A stretch of 63,099 bases of DNA, the filler included, from Basidiobolus ranarum (taxonomy: Eukaryota): assembly GCA_040143965.1 (NCBI GenBank). It is 15 parts of 15 records of this genome, joined end to end, with 100 filler letters (N's around TTAATTAATTAA, not from the genome) between each part and the next. Parts side by side here need not be neighbours in the genome. Positions count along the whole stretch, not along the records: positions 25,339 to 29,456 come from JASJQH010002110.1; positions 29,557 to 33,673 come from JASJQH010002111.1; positions 33,774 to 37,888 come from JASJQH010002112.1; positions 37,989 to 42,098 come from JASJQH010002113.1; 11 more parts are not named here. One strand, written 5' to 3'. Under the pieces are notes generated by a model that ran no database searches, was not told the DNA's origin, and saw only the letters and a list, made by a program, of their open reading frames with translations. Each line of letters starts with the position of its first letter. Within the stretch, counting starts at the first letter, position 1. The position numbers and the translations under genes were made by a program. Positions 26,618 through 39,223 of the stretch are shown piece after piece.

Positions 26618-28473
26618 ATGCTGCAACACAAACAATTAAAAAAGTCCTGCCATTATTGTCACAAATTCTTGCACTATGAAAGCCAGATTCTTCATAGAAA
26701 AGATAATCACAAGCACAGTCATTGTACAAAGCCACTACTGCACAAAGCCTGGTGAATATCAACAGTGAGAAGTGCACAAATTCAATTATAGATTTGCCCA
26801 CCTTGTCCACTGGTGGTACTTTACCACAAAGTTTTGGTAACACTACTGAAAGTCAATATATATAGCAAAGCCACCACACCTATTTGACCAGATTTATGTA
26901 GGTAGAAATGCTACTTTGGTGGAACCAGTAAGTCCAGACAACTTTGAAGACATGCCGCTAGATGTTGCCCATGGTTATTACAGTACTGTTGGGAGTATAT
27001 CAGAAGATGTAGAATAAGATGATGGTTTTGTTACAGATTTTTTGCCACCAGCAAGCATCTGGCCACTCATAACACTTACAGTAAAGGGAGTAACTATGAT
27101 TATTGAGGAGTGGAGAGTTCAATCCAATCATAGCAACCAGGTGTTTACTAGTATCTGTATGGTACAACAGCCATAATATTTTGATACTATCCTTCATATC
27201 TTTGCCTACATCACCAGTGCTTATAGATAGCTTCTTGGAGCCTTTGATTGAAGAATTTCAATGTTTATTTAATGGGGTTTAGATGTGTAATTATTTTTCA
27301 AGGTCAATAACATTGTACGTAATAGTGACACTTCAATCATCAGTAACCTTGGAGGTTTTTTGGGTGTAGTATATGACCTTGCATTTAATTCTTTCATATC
27401 AATCAAGTTTATTTTACCAGGCATATGCATTGCTACTGTTCAAACACATCACAAAGCTGCATGATCTTATCATCAGAGCCTTGTCACCTTTCAACTTGCT
27501 CACTGATATCAACCTGCCAAATAGTCAGTTTAACATCAAACTTGGTACTAGCCATATGTTTTAGATTATATTGCTAAAGGGGATCAACTGGAGCCAGGGC
27601 TTTCCACTAAGCACTTTTCAATTACTTCTCAACAACTTTCTAATACCACTTGCTTGGCTGTTCAGTGGTAAATTCAGTATGTATGGGCCATTTGAGATAG
27701 AATCAAAGTTTGAATCAATTGCAAATATGCTTGAAAATATCAAGATACCGTCATATTTTACCCAGACTCCCATCATTATCCACTCATCTAGGCATTTATT
27801 CAACTGCACAGATTGGAACTGTCAGATCAGTATATATTTAAGTGGAATCTTGATACAATTTCTGCCTGGTAAGTTGTGGCAACATTGGGAGTTGTTTGTG
27901 TATATGGTTAAGATATGCTTGCAGCATCAACTCATGCTGGCAGATCTTGGGCAGAAACAGCAACTGTGCCAATATTTTGTAATTGGATATGAAAAACTAT
28001 ATGATAGGCTTGGAGAAGATTGACTAAATCTATGCTAGTATTCAATACATTCCCCGCTGCATCTTTCACAATGCTCAGAGATTACAGACCCTTGTTATAT
28101 ATTATGGGAGTCCCAAATGGAGTGCACCTGTGGTGCTATAGTGCTCATTTTGAAATTGTCAGTATTATCATATGCTAATCTGATTAACAATATATCTGCA
28201 AAACCAGTAATAGATGTAATGCAATGGTTTAAGGAGACTTCAGATTTCCTTGACCTTCCAACAAAGGGATGTTTTCAATGTGCTCATAGGTTTTTTCTTT
28301 GTTAGAGCATAATTACAGCAACCAAACTCAATTCATGGACTCAGAGTAAGTGCCTCTATTTTTGGACTAATTTAGTTGGGTGATTAGCTAATGGTATTTT
28401 TAGAAAAGCTGCCAGACAGACTTATCGGTGAGATAGATTGAGATATGCACTATCATTGTTTTAGCTTTGAGGC
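26618..28473 (+). mobile_element. CACTA transposase pseudogene with internal deletion
   Basis: 26940-27150 matches 12678-12890 and 27217-28473 matches the core and 3' region. The start at 26618 is tentative (MLQHKQLKKSCHYCHKF). Confidence 0.8.
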
Positions 28474-29456
28474 TGACAAAAGTGCTTAGGGGACTTCAAA
28501 GTGTTCTGCAAGATTTGGATTTGCAAATTAGACACTTACATTTAATTGAATTGAATATATCCTGTTTATAGTTTACTATGAGATAGAACTATAGGATGTT
28601 CTTAAATCATGACAAACATGCCCGTTAAGCATAGGTGCAAATTTGAGATGATTTGGAGAAGTTTTGAGAAAATAGTGAAAATTGGTAAAAGTGATCTAAG
28701 TGTTATTTCTATCAAATAGAGTAATAAACACATGTTTTTGAATGGCATAATTAAGTGCTAAGTATTCAGAATATGAATAAACTTACTACTAAATAATTAG
28801 TTGCTAACTTATCTAACTTCAACATTTCCACTCAACTAATTATTTTGTAATTCCCTTACATGTAGCTTTTATCTTAACAATTCAAATTTTGCTTTAGCTA
28901 AAGGTTTGGTTTAGATTTCAGCTATCATTTCTTCAGTAGGTCATAGGCAAGTTCAATTATATCATTCTCTATTGCTTCTCTAACAAAATGATGCCTAATA
29001 TCTGTAAGTTTTGTTCTAGCATGAAATGTAGGGTTTTTAGCTAATGAAATACAACTTTGATTATCTTCAAATACAATAATAACACAATTTTGCATGTATC
29101 CTAAGTGTGAAAATAACTTCCTTAACCACATAGCTTCCTGGGTACTAGCATCAGTAGCCATATTATCAGAATCGGTAGTGGAAAGTGCTATTGTTGGTTG
29201 CTTCTTACTATTCCTAGTTATGGCTCAATAACCATAGAGAAAAGTGTACCCAGTTATTGATCTTCTATCATCAAGATTTCTTCCCCAGTCTGCATCATTA
29301 TGGCCTTCAAAATTTTGCTCATCAGGAGTGGCAGAGTATTCTAAAATTAAATCTACAGTTCCTCTCAAATACCTGAATAATCATTTTAGTGTAGTTTTGC
29401 ACTCAGATCCTGGATTTCTGAGATATTAGCTGACAGTTCCCACTGCCACAGCAATG
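28474..29456 (-). mobile_element. Copia-B RT/RNaseH and 3' LTR (28474-28824) inserted into the CACTA element
   Basis: EDNQSCISLAKNPTFHART. CACTA homology stops exactly at the LTR terminus. Confidence 0.88.
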
Positions 29457-30179
29457 NNNNNNNNNNNNNNNNNNNNNNNNNNNNNNNNNNNNNNNNNNNN
29501 TTAATTAATTAANNNNNNNNNNNNNNNNNNNNNNNNNNNNNNNNNNNNNNNNNNNNGTTGGTGCAAATCGGAACTTTGCCAGGGGTTTCATGAAGCCTAC
29601 ACAGAAAACCTGGCCCTATGATGTCTGGAAGCCATCACTAATGAAAGGAGTACTGTCATGATTCTGATCTTGGCATATTGATCCACTGCAAATATAAATC
29701 TTCTATTATTAGATTATAATATCATATCTGCTGTGCCATCCCTTCTTGGCAATCTTGTGTTAGTTCATCCAGATTACCTTATATAGAAGTAATGTTCTTT
29801 TGAACATTCCATGAAACCTAACCAATAGTGTCATCCCACACATAGTGTATTTCCCTCAAGACCTTCCATGGAAGGTCACCTGATCATCCTTATATCATCC
29901 CTCTTTGTATTGGTCCTTGTAGTCCCCAAGACCCCAACACTTGAACTTGCCACAGTGTATTCCCTATTCAGTATATTATGTTTTTTACACTGCAATATCT
30001 ATATAAGCCCAATGTATTCCTTGATCAGACCTCAGTCTGAGCAATGCCAGTTATTAATAAAGATTCTTGCCAAAGTATCTTTCCTGTCCAGTCTTGTCTT
30101 GTCTTGTCTTGTGGTCTATGCCCAAGTACTCTTCTGCCTTCTAGCCTCTTATCATTGTTTCCAGTCCTTGTCCAGTTCC

Positions 30180-30754
30180 TTATTGTGACAATACTTAGGC
30201 TGAATTCTTTATGGTATTTTGCCAAAGTCCAAGAGCTTATTCTCATTGTGAATGGTAACAAGAGTCAGCTATTTGCCAAGTATTGGTGCTTTTCAAAAAA
30301 TCAGATGTTTAGCAGTTTTTCCACCATCAGTTAGCTGGTAAGGCATATTGATATTGTTGGGTTTTGTCTGATGAATCAGATGTGTGCATATGTAGAAACT
30401 AAACACCACAAGATTCTTGTATTTTTGATTTACACTATGTCTGGAATAGAAAGCCTAAAATATCTAAAGAAAGGCATGCATATTAATTCAAATTCCTACC
30501 GCAGTAAATCCAGTAATTTGCCATTTAGAAATTAGTTTTTTGAGAAAATTGTTGGAAATTAAATAATGCATGAAAATTATGAGGATCAATCTTTTACCAT
30601 ATATGAATACATTTAAATAACATCAAGAAGCCACCTTCTCACCATCAAAATATCTGGCAGATTGCAAGCCACCAATTGTGATAGTTCTCTAACAGTTTTA
30701 CAATCCAGAAGGGTGGATCCAATCCAGATCAAATCAAATTTATTTTTGTTAGGG
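30180..30754 (+). mobile_element. CACTA right end
   Basis: Homologous to 37130-37718 and ends TTTTTGTTAGGG. Confidence 0.8.
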
Positions 30755-32003
30755 TTCAGCATGTGTTAATGTAAACCTGAACAGGCAGTTCATCCCAGAA
30801 GCATATATATCTTCTTCAGAAGCATAAGTTTAGTTAACTTGAACTGTCCCTATTTCAAGGACATCTTATGTATGGACATGTCCTCTGAAAGCCTTTCTAT
30901 TTAGGATTTGCACATTATTGACAAACCAATGTTTTTTTGTTTAACAAACATTAGGCAGGTCCAGAATTATACAACACGTATAAGAACTTTTTCTTGGTGA
31001 TCCTGAACAGAGCAGAAATGATTAAGTGCCCATTTTTTGTCACTATATTTCCAGAATCAGTAAATATTTCCTCTGTTGCACTATTTTAAAAGAACTGGCT
31101 ATTTTGGCAAAGATTTCTTTCAAAGTAATTGTAGATTGTAATACTTCTCTTCATAACATACTTTTGAACTTTGTAGGAATATATCATGCTGGCTATTAGA
31201 GTCTTTTCTTCATCCTTTTGGTTGGATCCTGATATGTGTGCATCTTCATCCATGAATCTGCCAAATATCTAGTCAAAGGACAAATTTTTGGTTCTGGGTT
31301 CTAGAGCTATTGTTAGACTCTGAAGCTTGTTAGGTTGTCTATTCAGGACTGTAAATACAATATCCTGAACAGTCACAGAGACTCCAATGCATTCCATTTT
31401 ATCCAATGTGATAGTGACTCCATTATTTAGTGATTTAACATCTTCTCATAGCTTCATCTATGAGTGAAAGAATTCTCTTCTTTGAAATACCTTGTTGATC
31501 AAAAAGCATGTTTTGTGATTGTCTTCCAATGTTTTCCATACCATCTTGGCAGTTTTGGCTTTTGAATTTTGATATAGTAATTTGTCTTTGACATTATGAT
31601 ATATTATTTTAAAGGCTTTTTGTTACTTTAAACCTGGTGTATCACTTGGATATAAAACATTTGTGCATTGCTTTTTTCTTCCATAATGGTATCCCAAAGT
31701 TGTTTCTCTTTCAGCGGCATATTCACTTTAATTTCCAAACTTTTTAATTGGTTCCATCCAATTTTTCAGAAGTGGGAATAGTTTCAGAAATTTGAGAAAT
31801 GGACACAATAGAGAGTACAAGCTTGAGGCTTGTAACCTCTTGAAGTACTTTGGGAGGCTGTTAGAGGGGGTTTGGAGAACTAGATATATTTGTAGATTAT
31901 ACCTCTTGATTCATTGGGTATGGAGTTGAAACTTAGAGTTTTGTCCAGATGTAAACAATCTAACATGTACAATGTGTTAAAGAAAGTTCCTGACATGTGT
32001 GCT
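30755..32003 (-). mobile_element. Copia-A partial 5' LTR (from 31838), PBS, decayed gag-protease
   Basis: Homologous to 57230-58400, with PBS GGTTACAAGCC. Confidence 0.8.
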
Positions 32004-33177
32004 TATTTAAACAAAATCAACTCATCTCTTTTATTTGATGTATATGAAACACCACATTTGTCCAACTAATGATCCCTGTTCAAGCATAAACCTATTGATG
32101 CCACTACACATGCATGAAAGCCCCATAGCAAAGTTAAGATTTTAATCTACCATGGTAGAAATATGTTCTTACTATGTTCAGGAGAAATATCTCCCCATCT
32201 CTATAAGTCTGGATGCTTGAAGTTTCTTCTACAAATCTCAAACTTTAGTAATAAATATCTCCAATAATTATGGCAACTCATCATGGTAAACAGTAAGTAT
32301 AGGAAGTGTGTTCTGCAGCATATTTGCATGCTACTCACAGCTTAAAGCGAAACTATGTACTGGGTAGCAGATACCCAGTAAATAATAGTCCAGTACTAGC
32401 TTAAAGAAGGGGAACAATGTGATTAATGTAACTTTCTGCTATTTGCTATTTAAGTGGCTTGTTTCAGTAGATACACAAGTGGAATATTTGTTGACCAAGA
32501 TTACAACTGAGGAGTTCTGACACGTAGTATTGTAGAAAGGTTTGGTCCTATAATTTATGATTCAAATTTTGCCAAGCAAGCTACAAACTTGGTAGAAAAG
32601 TTTGTCTCCTATTATGTATACAGTGCTATCTATAGTAGAACTATCAAAGAGAGCTATGATAGTATCAACCTTGTAAACTTCCATCCTTTCTTCTACTACT
32701 TTCTGCCTGTCAAAATGTCTCATTGGTTTGGAATTTTGCCAGCAGATATTGCAATATACTAGACCTTTGCTCCTCAAATTTTAAAATTTATATAAGGTTA
32801 TTTGGCCCTATTGCTTCTCCAGTATTATAGTTCCTACGAATCTTTGTGAAACAAGGATACCTTCCGATCATTTCACCACCAATAGACGAAATACGAATTC
32901 TGATGACTGATATATTTCCGTCACGAAAGTTTTAAAATACTACTAAACTTGTCACATACACATGTTTGAGTATCAACCATCGGCATACCTCAAGGAACTC
33001 GAAACATCTGTTCAGGGAATGACTAATGAAAATGAGTCCAGGTACAAGTATAAAAGTCATCCATCTCCGATATTCAATCACTAGGTGACTGACTTTTCTT
33101 TGATATTTCACTCTCTTTTCTTTGGATAATTGATCGATTCTCGAGTTATTATAATTATTCAGTAGATTATTTTTGGG

Positions 33178-33673
33178 ATGAAACATTGGAATCTCTTACT
33201 TGTGTGCTTTTTTATGGCTATAGTTAGTCACACCATTGTTACGGCTCAACAATGTGGAAAGCAAGCCTCTGGAGCACTTTGTAGTAGTGAGCATTGTTGT
33301 AGTGAACATGGATGGTAAGTTGTAGACTAGGGTAACATATAACTTTAAGATAATTTCTCTGATGATGTTTACTTTCGAAGGTGTGGCATTGGAGCTGAAT
33401 ATTGTGGAAGTGGATGTCAAGCACAATGCTCGAACGGTGGTAATACGACTTCCATCTCTAGTACTGCGGAGACTAGCACTAGCACTGCTAGTACAAGCAC
33501 GAGCACTAGTATGAGTGCGAGTCCTAATAGTGATTCCTCAAGTAGTAGTGGTAGTACTAGTAGCAGTACTAGTACTAGTACGAGTATGAGTTCTAGCACT
33601 AGTAGCAGTGTGGATATTATTAATAGTAGTACCACCTCATCGGCTCCTACTGGCACAAATTCTCCCGAGAAAC
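33178..33673 (+). CDS. Secreted hevein/CBM18 chitin-binding protein with S/T linker (3' truncated)
   Basis: Exon 33178-33314, intron 33315-33380 (GTAAGT..AAG), exon from 33381. Spliced product [62 protein letters not shown] shows the 8-Cys hevein pattern. Confidence 0.92.
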
Positions 33674-34338
33674 NNNNNNNNNNNNNNNNNNNNNNNNNNN
33701 NNNNNNNNNNNNNNNNNTTAATTAATTAANNNNNNNNNNNNNNNNNNNNNNNNNNNNNNNNNNNNNNNNNNNNTCATTCAACTGCATGTGCAAAATTTTG
33801 GAAGTGGTGGTTTCCTGTATCAAAGTAGGTTGTGAATTAGGAAGAATCTACTTTGACATGATATGTAACTACTATATATATCTATGATGTTGGACTTTCT
33901 TGGTTTCAATCAGAATTAGAGATCTGTTTTTATTTTTGGTTAAAATGTCAAAGTTAATTTCCTATAGTGTGATCAAGCAAAATGCATTCCACTTTGAGCC
34001 ATTTCAATATGTATGCTAAATAAATTGATTTGGATCAAATTATGATTAACTTTGCTGATGCAGTTTATTGTACAATTCCATGCAATGACACATAATTGAA
34101 ATAATGAGGGTAATAAATGCAAACAGATTTTTTATTTTACAGAATGTAGGGATTTTACCATAATAAATGAAATTCTCAGACATATAACTTACATGCACCA
34201 GATTGATCAGTCTCATGCCAGCTCAATACAAGATTAATGTCTTGCTCTCTGTCTACTCTAAATGGTCATTCCTTGTTAATCCAAAAGCAACTACTGGCTT
34301 TCCTATCACCATCTGAGAAGCTATATTTGAGAAATACA

Positions 34339-35127
34339 ATGGCTCATACACTCCAATACCTACCAGAAATCAGCTAGTCAATTTGTTTTGTTAGTACACA
34401 AACTATTGTCCAATAAGATTTATGTGCACTGATAATGGTAGCAAAAGTGGGAGAAGCTTTAATACCAGGCTACAAGTAAGTGAGAATTCTCTAGCTTCAG
34501 TGATGAATGATATTGAGAGATGCTTAGGACAAAAGATTTGGAGACTCTAATTTCCTTCCATTTCCTGGAGTATTTCCCAATAGAGTTCATATCAGAATTA
34601 TTCTTGATACATTACTGGTCAGTATTAACAGGCATAGAAGCAACCAAAAGTTTTTCTATTCTGGCAAGTACAAAGCCCACTGTGTAAAGTTCCAGTCTTT
34701 GACAGATTTGGAAAGAAATATCATTTGGTTTTGTGGGTCTCATCCAGGGAAAAACCATGATAAAAGGCTTTGGGTTGAGAGGCATGCACCATTTGTAAGA
34801 TATGAGAAGACTATGGCTGATGTGGCATATGTTGGGGAAGAATATAACAGGCTAGGATATGTCACAGCTAACATGAGGCCCAGAGGAGGGATATTCACAG
34901 AGAGGCAAAAGCTTTATAATAACATTTTTTCCCATTTTAGAGCAAGAGTAGAACATAGCTGTGGTTTTCTAAAGAAATTTAATATTGTAGCAGGTAAGTA
35001 TAGAGAAAAAACATTTTGTGGGCCTCAATCAACATTACTCAAGGTAGTCAAAATCTTGATTAATTCTCATAACATTCATACTCAAAGATATCCATTGAGA
35101 GCTCTAGACTTAAGACACTATGAATAA
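34339..35127 (+). mobile_element. IS5/PIF-Harbinger (ISL2EU-like) DDE transposase pseudogene
   Basis: FYSGKYKAHCVKFQ, PGKNHDKRLW, MADVAYVG and YNNIFSHFRARVEH. The 5' boundary is approximate. Confidence 0.8.
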
Positions 35128-35320
35128 AGCTTTCATCATCTTTTGAATGTGCAATAATGTCTAAAGGTACTTTTCTTAAATATACCACATAAGTAAAATA
35201 GACTGTTTCCAAAACGGTACATAACATCATGCCAGATAGTGCTCAATCATGCCAATTTGTGCTGGCACCCTTTTTAGCTGGCCTGATCTGGCTCAATGAA
35301 ATGGAACAAGTTGTTTATAT

Positions 35321-37718
35321 TTGGCTTACATACCATTGATTTCCCATCTTAAAGATTTGATGAAATCATCTAAACATAGATCATTGTTCAAATACCAAAG
35401 TATTCATAATAAATCTGATGGATATCAATGCTGGAATCTGAAAAGTCAAGGTTTCTTTGAGAACATGTATGATCATGCATTAGCATTGGCTCTGGATGGT
35501 TTCTCACTAAACAAATATACCATTGTAAAGGCTTACTGGCCAATAATTTTAGTTAACTTAAACATTCCTCTTTTTAAATGATACAAGAGCCATAATATTT
35601 TGATACTATCCATCATATCTGGACCTAAATCACCAATACTTATAGATATCATCTTTGAGCCTTTGATTGCAGAATTTCAATGGTTATCTAATGGGATTCA
35701 GAAGAGTGAATATTTTACTAAACCTTGATAAAAGTGTTTAGGACACTTGAAAGTTTTTAGACAGGATATGTATTTGTGAATAGACACTTAAGTTTTATTG
35801 AATTGAATATGTCCTATTTATGGTTTACATTGAAATAGAACTATTGGGCATGCTTAGATCATAAAAAACATGCCTGTTAAGCATGGGTCAAAGTTTGAAG
35901 TGATTTGGAGAGGTTTTAAGAAAATGTTTAAAATTAGTGAAAGTGATTTAATTGAGATATCTATCAATTAGAGCAATAAACACACATTTTTCAGTGACAA
36001 AATTGAGTGCTAAATAATCAGAACATGAATAAACTAACCACTAAATATGAGTTGCTATTTTCCTAATTTCAACAAAGCTAATATAATTGTATGTATTGCA
36101 AACACTCCTGCCATCAGTAAACTATGAAGTTTTTGTGGGCACAATGCACTATCTTGCTGTATACCTTGTCAGATAAATGGAGTCTACTCTATCAGGCATA
36201 CACAATACTAATATTCAAATACAAAACTAAACTCTATGATTTTACCTTCAAGTGCCTGGTGAAATTTAATATGGTCACTGCTATCAATAGATCAAATACT
36301 CAGTCTAATTACAAACTTGATATTAGCCTAGAGCATAAGATTGTATTGATAAAGGGGATCAGCTGGAGCCAGAGCTTCCCATTAGACACTCTGCACTTAC
36401 TATTTGACAACATTCCAATACTACTTACTCAGCTATATAGTGGAAAATTCAATATGAATGCTCCATTCAAGATAGCCTCAAAGTTTGAATTAATTGGGAA
36501 ACGCTTGAAAACATCAAGATACCTTCATATTTTACCAGGACTCCTTCAATATCCACTCATCTTGGTGTTTATTCAAGTTCCAAGACTGGAAGCTTTGAAT
36601 TTGTATAAATTCAAGTAGAATCTTGAAAAGATTTCTACCTGCTAAGTATTGGCTACATTAGGAGCTGTGTGTGGATGTTGCTAATATATTCTTATGGCAG
36701 CAACTCACATTGGCAGATCTCAGGAGTTCCCAATGCAGCACACCTGCAGTGAAATGATGCTCTAACTGAAATTGTCAGTATTAACATATGCTAATATGAT
36801 TAACCATGTATCAGCAAAATCAGCAATGGATGTAACAAATTAGGTTTTGGAGACTCCAGAGTATACTAACCTTCCAACAAAGGGCTCTTTTCAATGGGCT
36901 CAAGGGTTTTTGCATTGTTTGATTGCAAAAACTGTGACAAAACCCAATCCACAGACACAGAGTCAGTACCTCTATAATTTGGACTAATTGCTTTGTTTGA
37001 TAATCTGATGGTATTTCTAGGAAAGCTGAAAGACAGACTTCTTGGTGAGACAGATCAAAATACAAAGTATTATTGCTTTAGCCATGCATTAATCAATTCA
37101 AGCCATGACATATCTACTTGTAGCAGGACATTTCTTGACTGCAAGTGGGGAATATTTTGACTGAATTCTTTATAGAAATTTGCTAAAATCCAAGAGCCTA
37201 TTCTCATTGTGAATGGTAACAACAGTCCGCTATATGTGAAGTGTCAGTGCTATTTGAAATTCAGATGTTGAGCAATTGTTCCACCATTAGTTTGCTGGTA
37301 AAGCAAATTGATGTTGTTGAGTTATGTCTAATCACTCAAATATGGGCATATGTAGAGACTAAACACAACAAGATTCTTGTATTTTTTGATTCTTGTTATG
37401 GCTGGAATACAAAGCCTAAAATATCTAAATAAAGACATGCATATTAATTTGAATTCTTATAGCAGTAAAACCAGTAATTTGCCATTCAAAAATTATATTT
37501 TTGCAAAAATTGCCAGATATTGAATAACTCATGCCAAACTTGAGGATCAATATTTTAACATGTATGAATACCATCAAAATGCCATCAAGAAACTGCCATC
37601 ACACCATCCAAATCCCTGACAGAATGCAAGCCACCAGTATTGTAATGGTTCTCTGATGGTTTTGCTATTTCAGAGGATGGATCCAATTCAGATCCAATTG
37701 ATTTTATTTTTGTTAGGG
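35321..37718 (+). mobile_element. CACTA transposase pseudogene and right terminus
   Basis: Homologous to 13110-14513 and to the inverted copy. Ends TTTTTGTTAGGG at 37718. Confidence 0.88.
35726..36074 (-). mobile_element. Solo Copia LTR-B with 5-bp TSD
   Basis: TG..CA ends with flanks AACCT / AAGCT. Removing it restores the site TATTTTGTTAAAGCTAATAT seen uninterrupted in the copy at about 16057-16077. Confidence 0.9.
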
Positions 37719-37888
37719 TAAAAGCATATACTTTCTCTTCAGAAGCTCCAGTTAAATTGACTTGAACTGTTCCCATTCCAATGGTATCCAATGTGTAATC
37801 ATCTCCCATGAAAACCTTTCTATATGGGACCTCTTTGTCCTCCCTAAACCAGTGTTTTTCCTTTGTGAAATGTTGGGAGGCTCCAGAA
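37719..37888 (-). mobile_element. Copia-A protease fragment
   Basis: SGASQH..RKVFMGDDYTLDTIGMGTVQVNLTGASEEKVYAF. Confidence 0.8.
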
Positions 37889-37988
37889 NNNNNNNNNNNN
37901 NNNNNNNNNNNNNNNNNNNNNNNNNNNNNNNNTTAATTAATTAANNNNNNNNNNNNNNNNNNNNNNNNNNNNNNNNNNNNNNNNNNNN

Positions 37989-38680
37989 AGCTGAATACAT
38001 GGCTGCCTGTGAAGCAACAAAAGAAGCAATATGGTTAAGAAAACTCTTAACAGATTTGGGTTATTCTCAAAATTCACCAACTACAATATTTCAAGATAAA
38101 CAAAGCTGTATCAAATTAGCTTAAAATCCCATGTTTCATGATAGAAGCAAATACGTAGATATTAAGCATCACTTCATTAGAGAGACTATAGAGAATAAGT
38201 TTATTGACTTAACTTATTGTTCTACAGAAGACATGATTGCTGATATATAACCAAACCATTAGCTAGACAGAAATTTGAGAAATTTAGACCTTTATTAGGA
38301 TTAGTGTATATGACTATTTAGTTGAGGGAGAGTGTTAAAATTAGCATTGCCTAAACATCTATATAGTCATATATAGCTTAGTACTTAGTTATGTTATAAT
38401 TCACTAAGATATTATCAATTATCCTCAGTTGGAATTTACTTAGAATATATTTAACAACTTAGAAGTTCTCAGATATATAGATTTTTCAAACTTGTGCTAG
38501 AAGCCCCAAACTTTGCACACATGTTCCCAGGACCTTTGTTAACATATTTTACACATTAGTTTGTTTACATCTTGACAAAACTATAAATGTCAACTTTCTA
38601 CTCAATAAATCAATGAGTGAAAACCACCAATTCCTTTAATTCTCCAAGCCACTTCCAACAGGCTCCCAAATACTTTAACA
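37989..38680 (+). mobile_element. Copia-A RNaseH, PPT and complete 3' LTR (38333-38680, 348 bp)
   Basis: AEYMAACEATKEAIWLR, PPT AGTTGAGGGAGAG and termini TGTTAAA...TTTAACA. Confidence 0.93.
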
Positions 38681-38881
38681 GATAAGTGGGGGTAATAAGA
38701 CATACTTGTAACATAGATATAGAGATATTACTATTTGGAATATAGGGGCTATAGATACTTTGCTATCTGTTTCTGATATATGTATCATAACTAAAGTTAA
38801 CTATGATGTTAAATAAAGATTAATTATCCAACAAAAAGTTTCATAAATTTGAGAAGTAGACATTACAGAAAGGGCAAACTT

Positions 38882-39223
38882 GGGGCTCATAACCTGTTAA
38901 AATACTTGAGAGCCTGTTGGAAGTGGCTTGAAGAATTGGAGAAATTAGTTGTTTTCACTTGTTGATTTATTGATTGGAAAGTTGATATTTGTAGTTTTAT
39001 CCAGATGTAAGCAAACTAATGTGTATCATGTGTTAAAGAAGGTCCCAGGAACATGTGTGCAAAGTTTTGGGCTTCTGGCACAAGTTATCAAAATCTATAT
39101 ATCTGAGAACTTCTAAGTATATTCCTCATGAGAATAATGGATAATATCTTAGTGAAATATAAGACAACTGAGTATTAAGCTAAATAAGACTATATAGCTG
39201 TTTAGGCAATGCTAGCTTTAACA
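38882..39223 (-). mobile_element. Copia-A 5' LTR (38895-39223) with intact PBS GGTTATGAGCCCC
   Basis: The LTR end TTTTAACA is followed directly by the PBS. The internal region is lost. Confidence 0.88.

Noticed and set aside
26616-26843. Minus-strand 75-aa ORF as a gag zinc knuckle
   Set aside because: The CCHC spacing is not met, and the plus strand gives a better C2H2-like reading that leads toward the transposase.
32006-32830. Penelope-like RT remnant (minus-strand FAMGLS..FM.EQ)
   Set aside because: Only one weak motif and no convincing YxDD. Left as an unclassified CpG-poor repeat.
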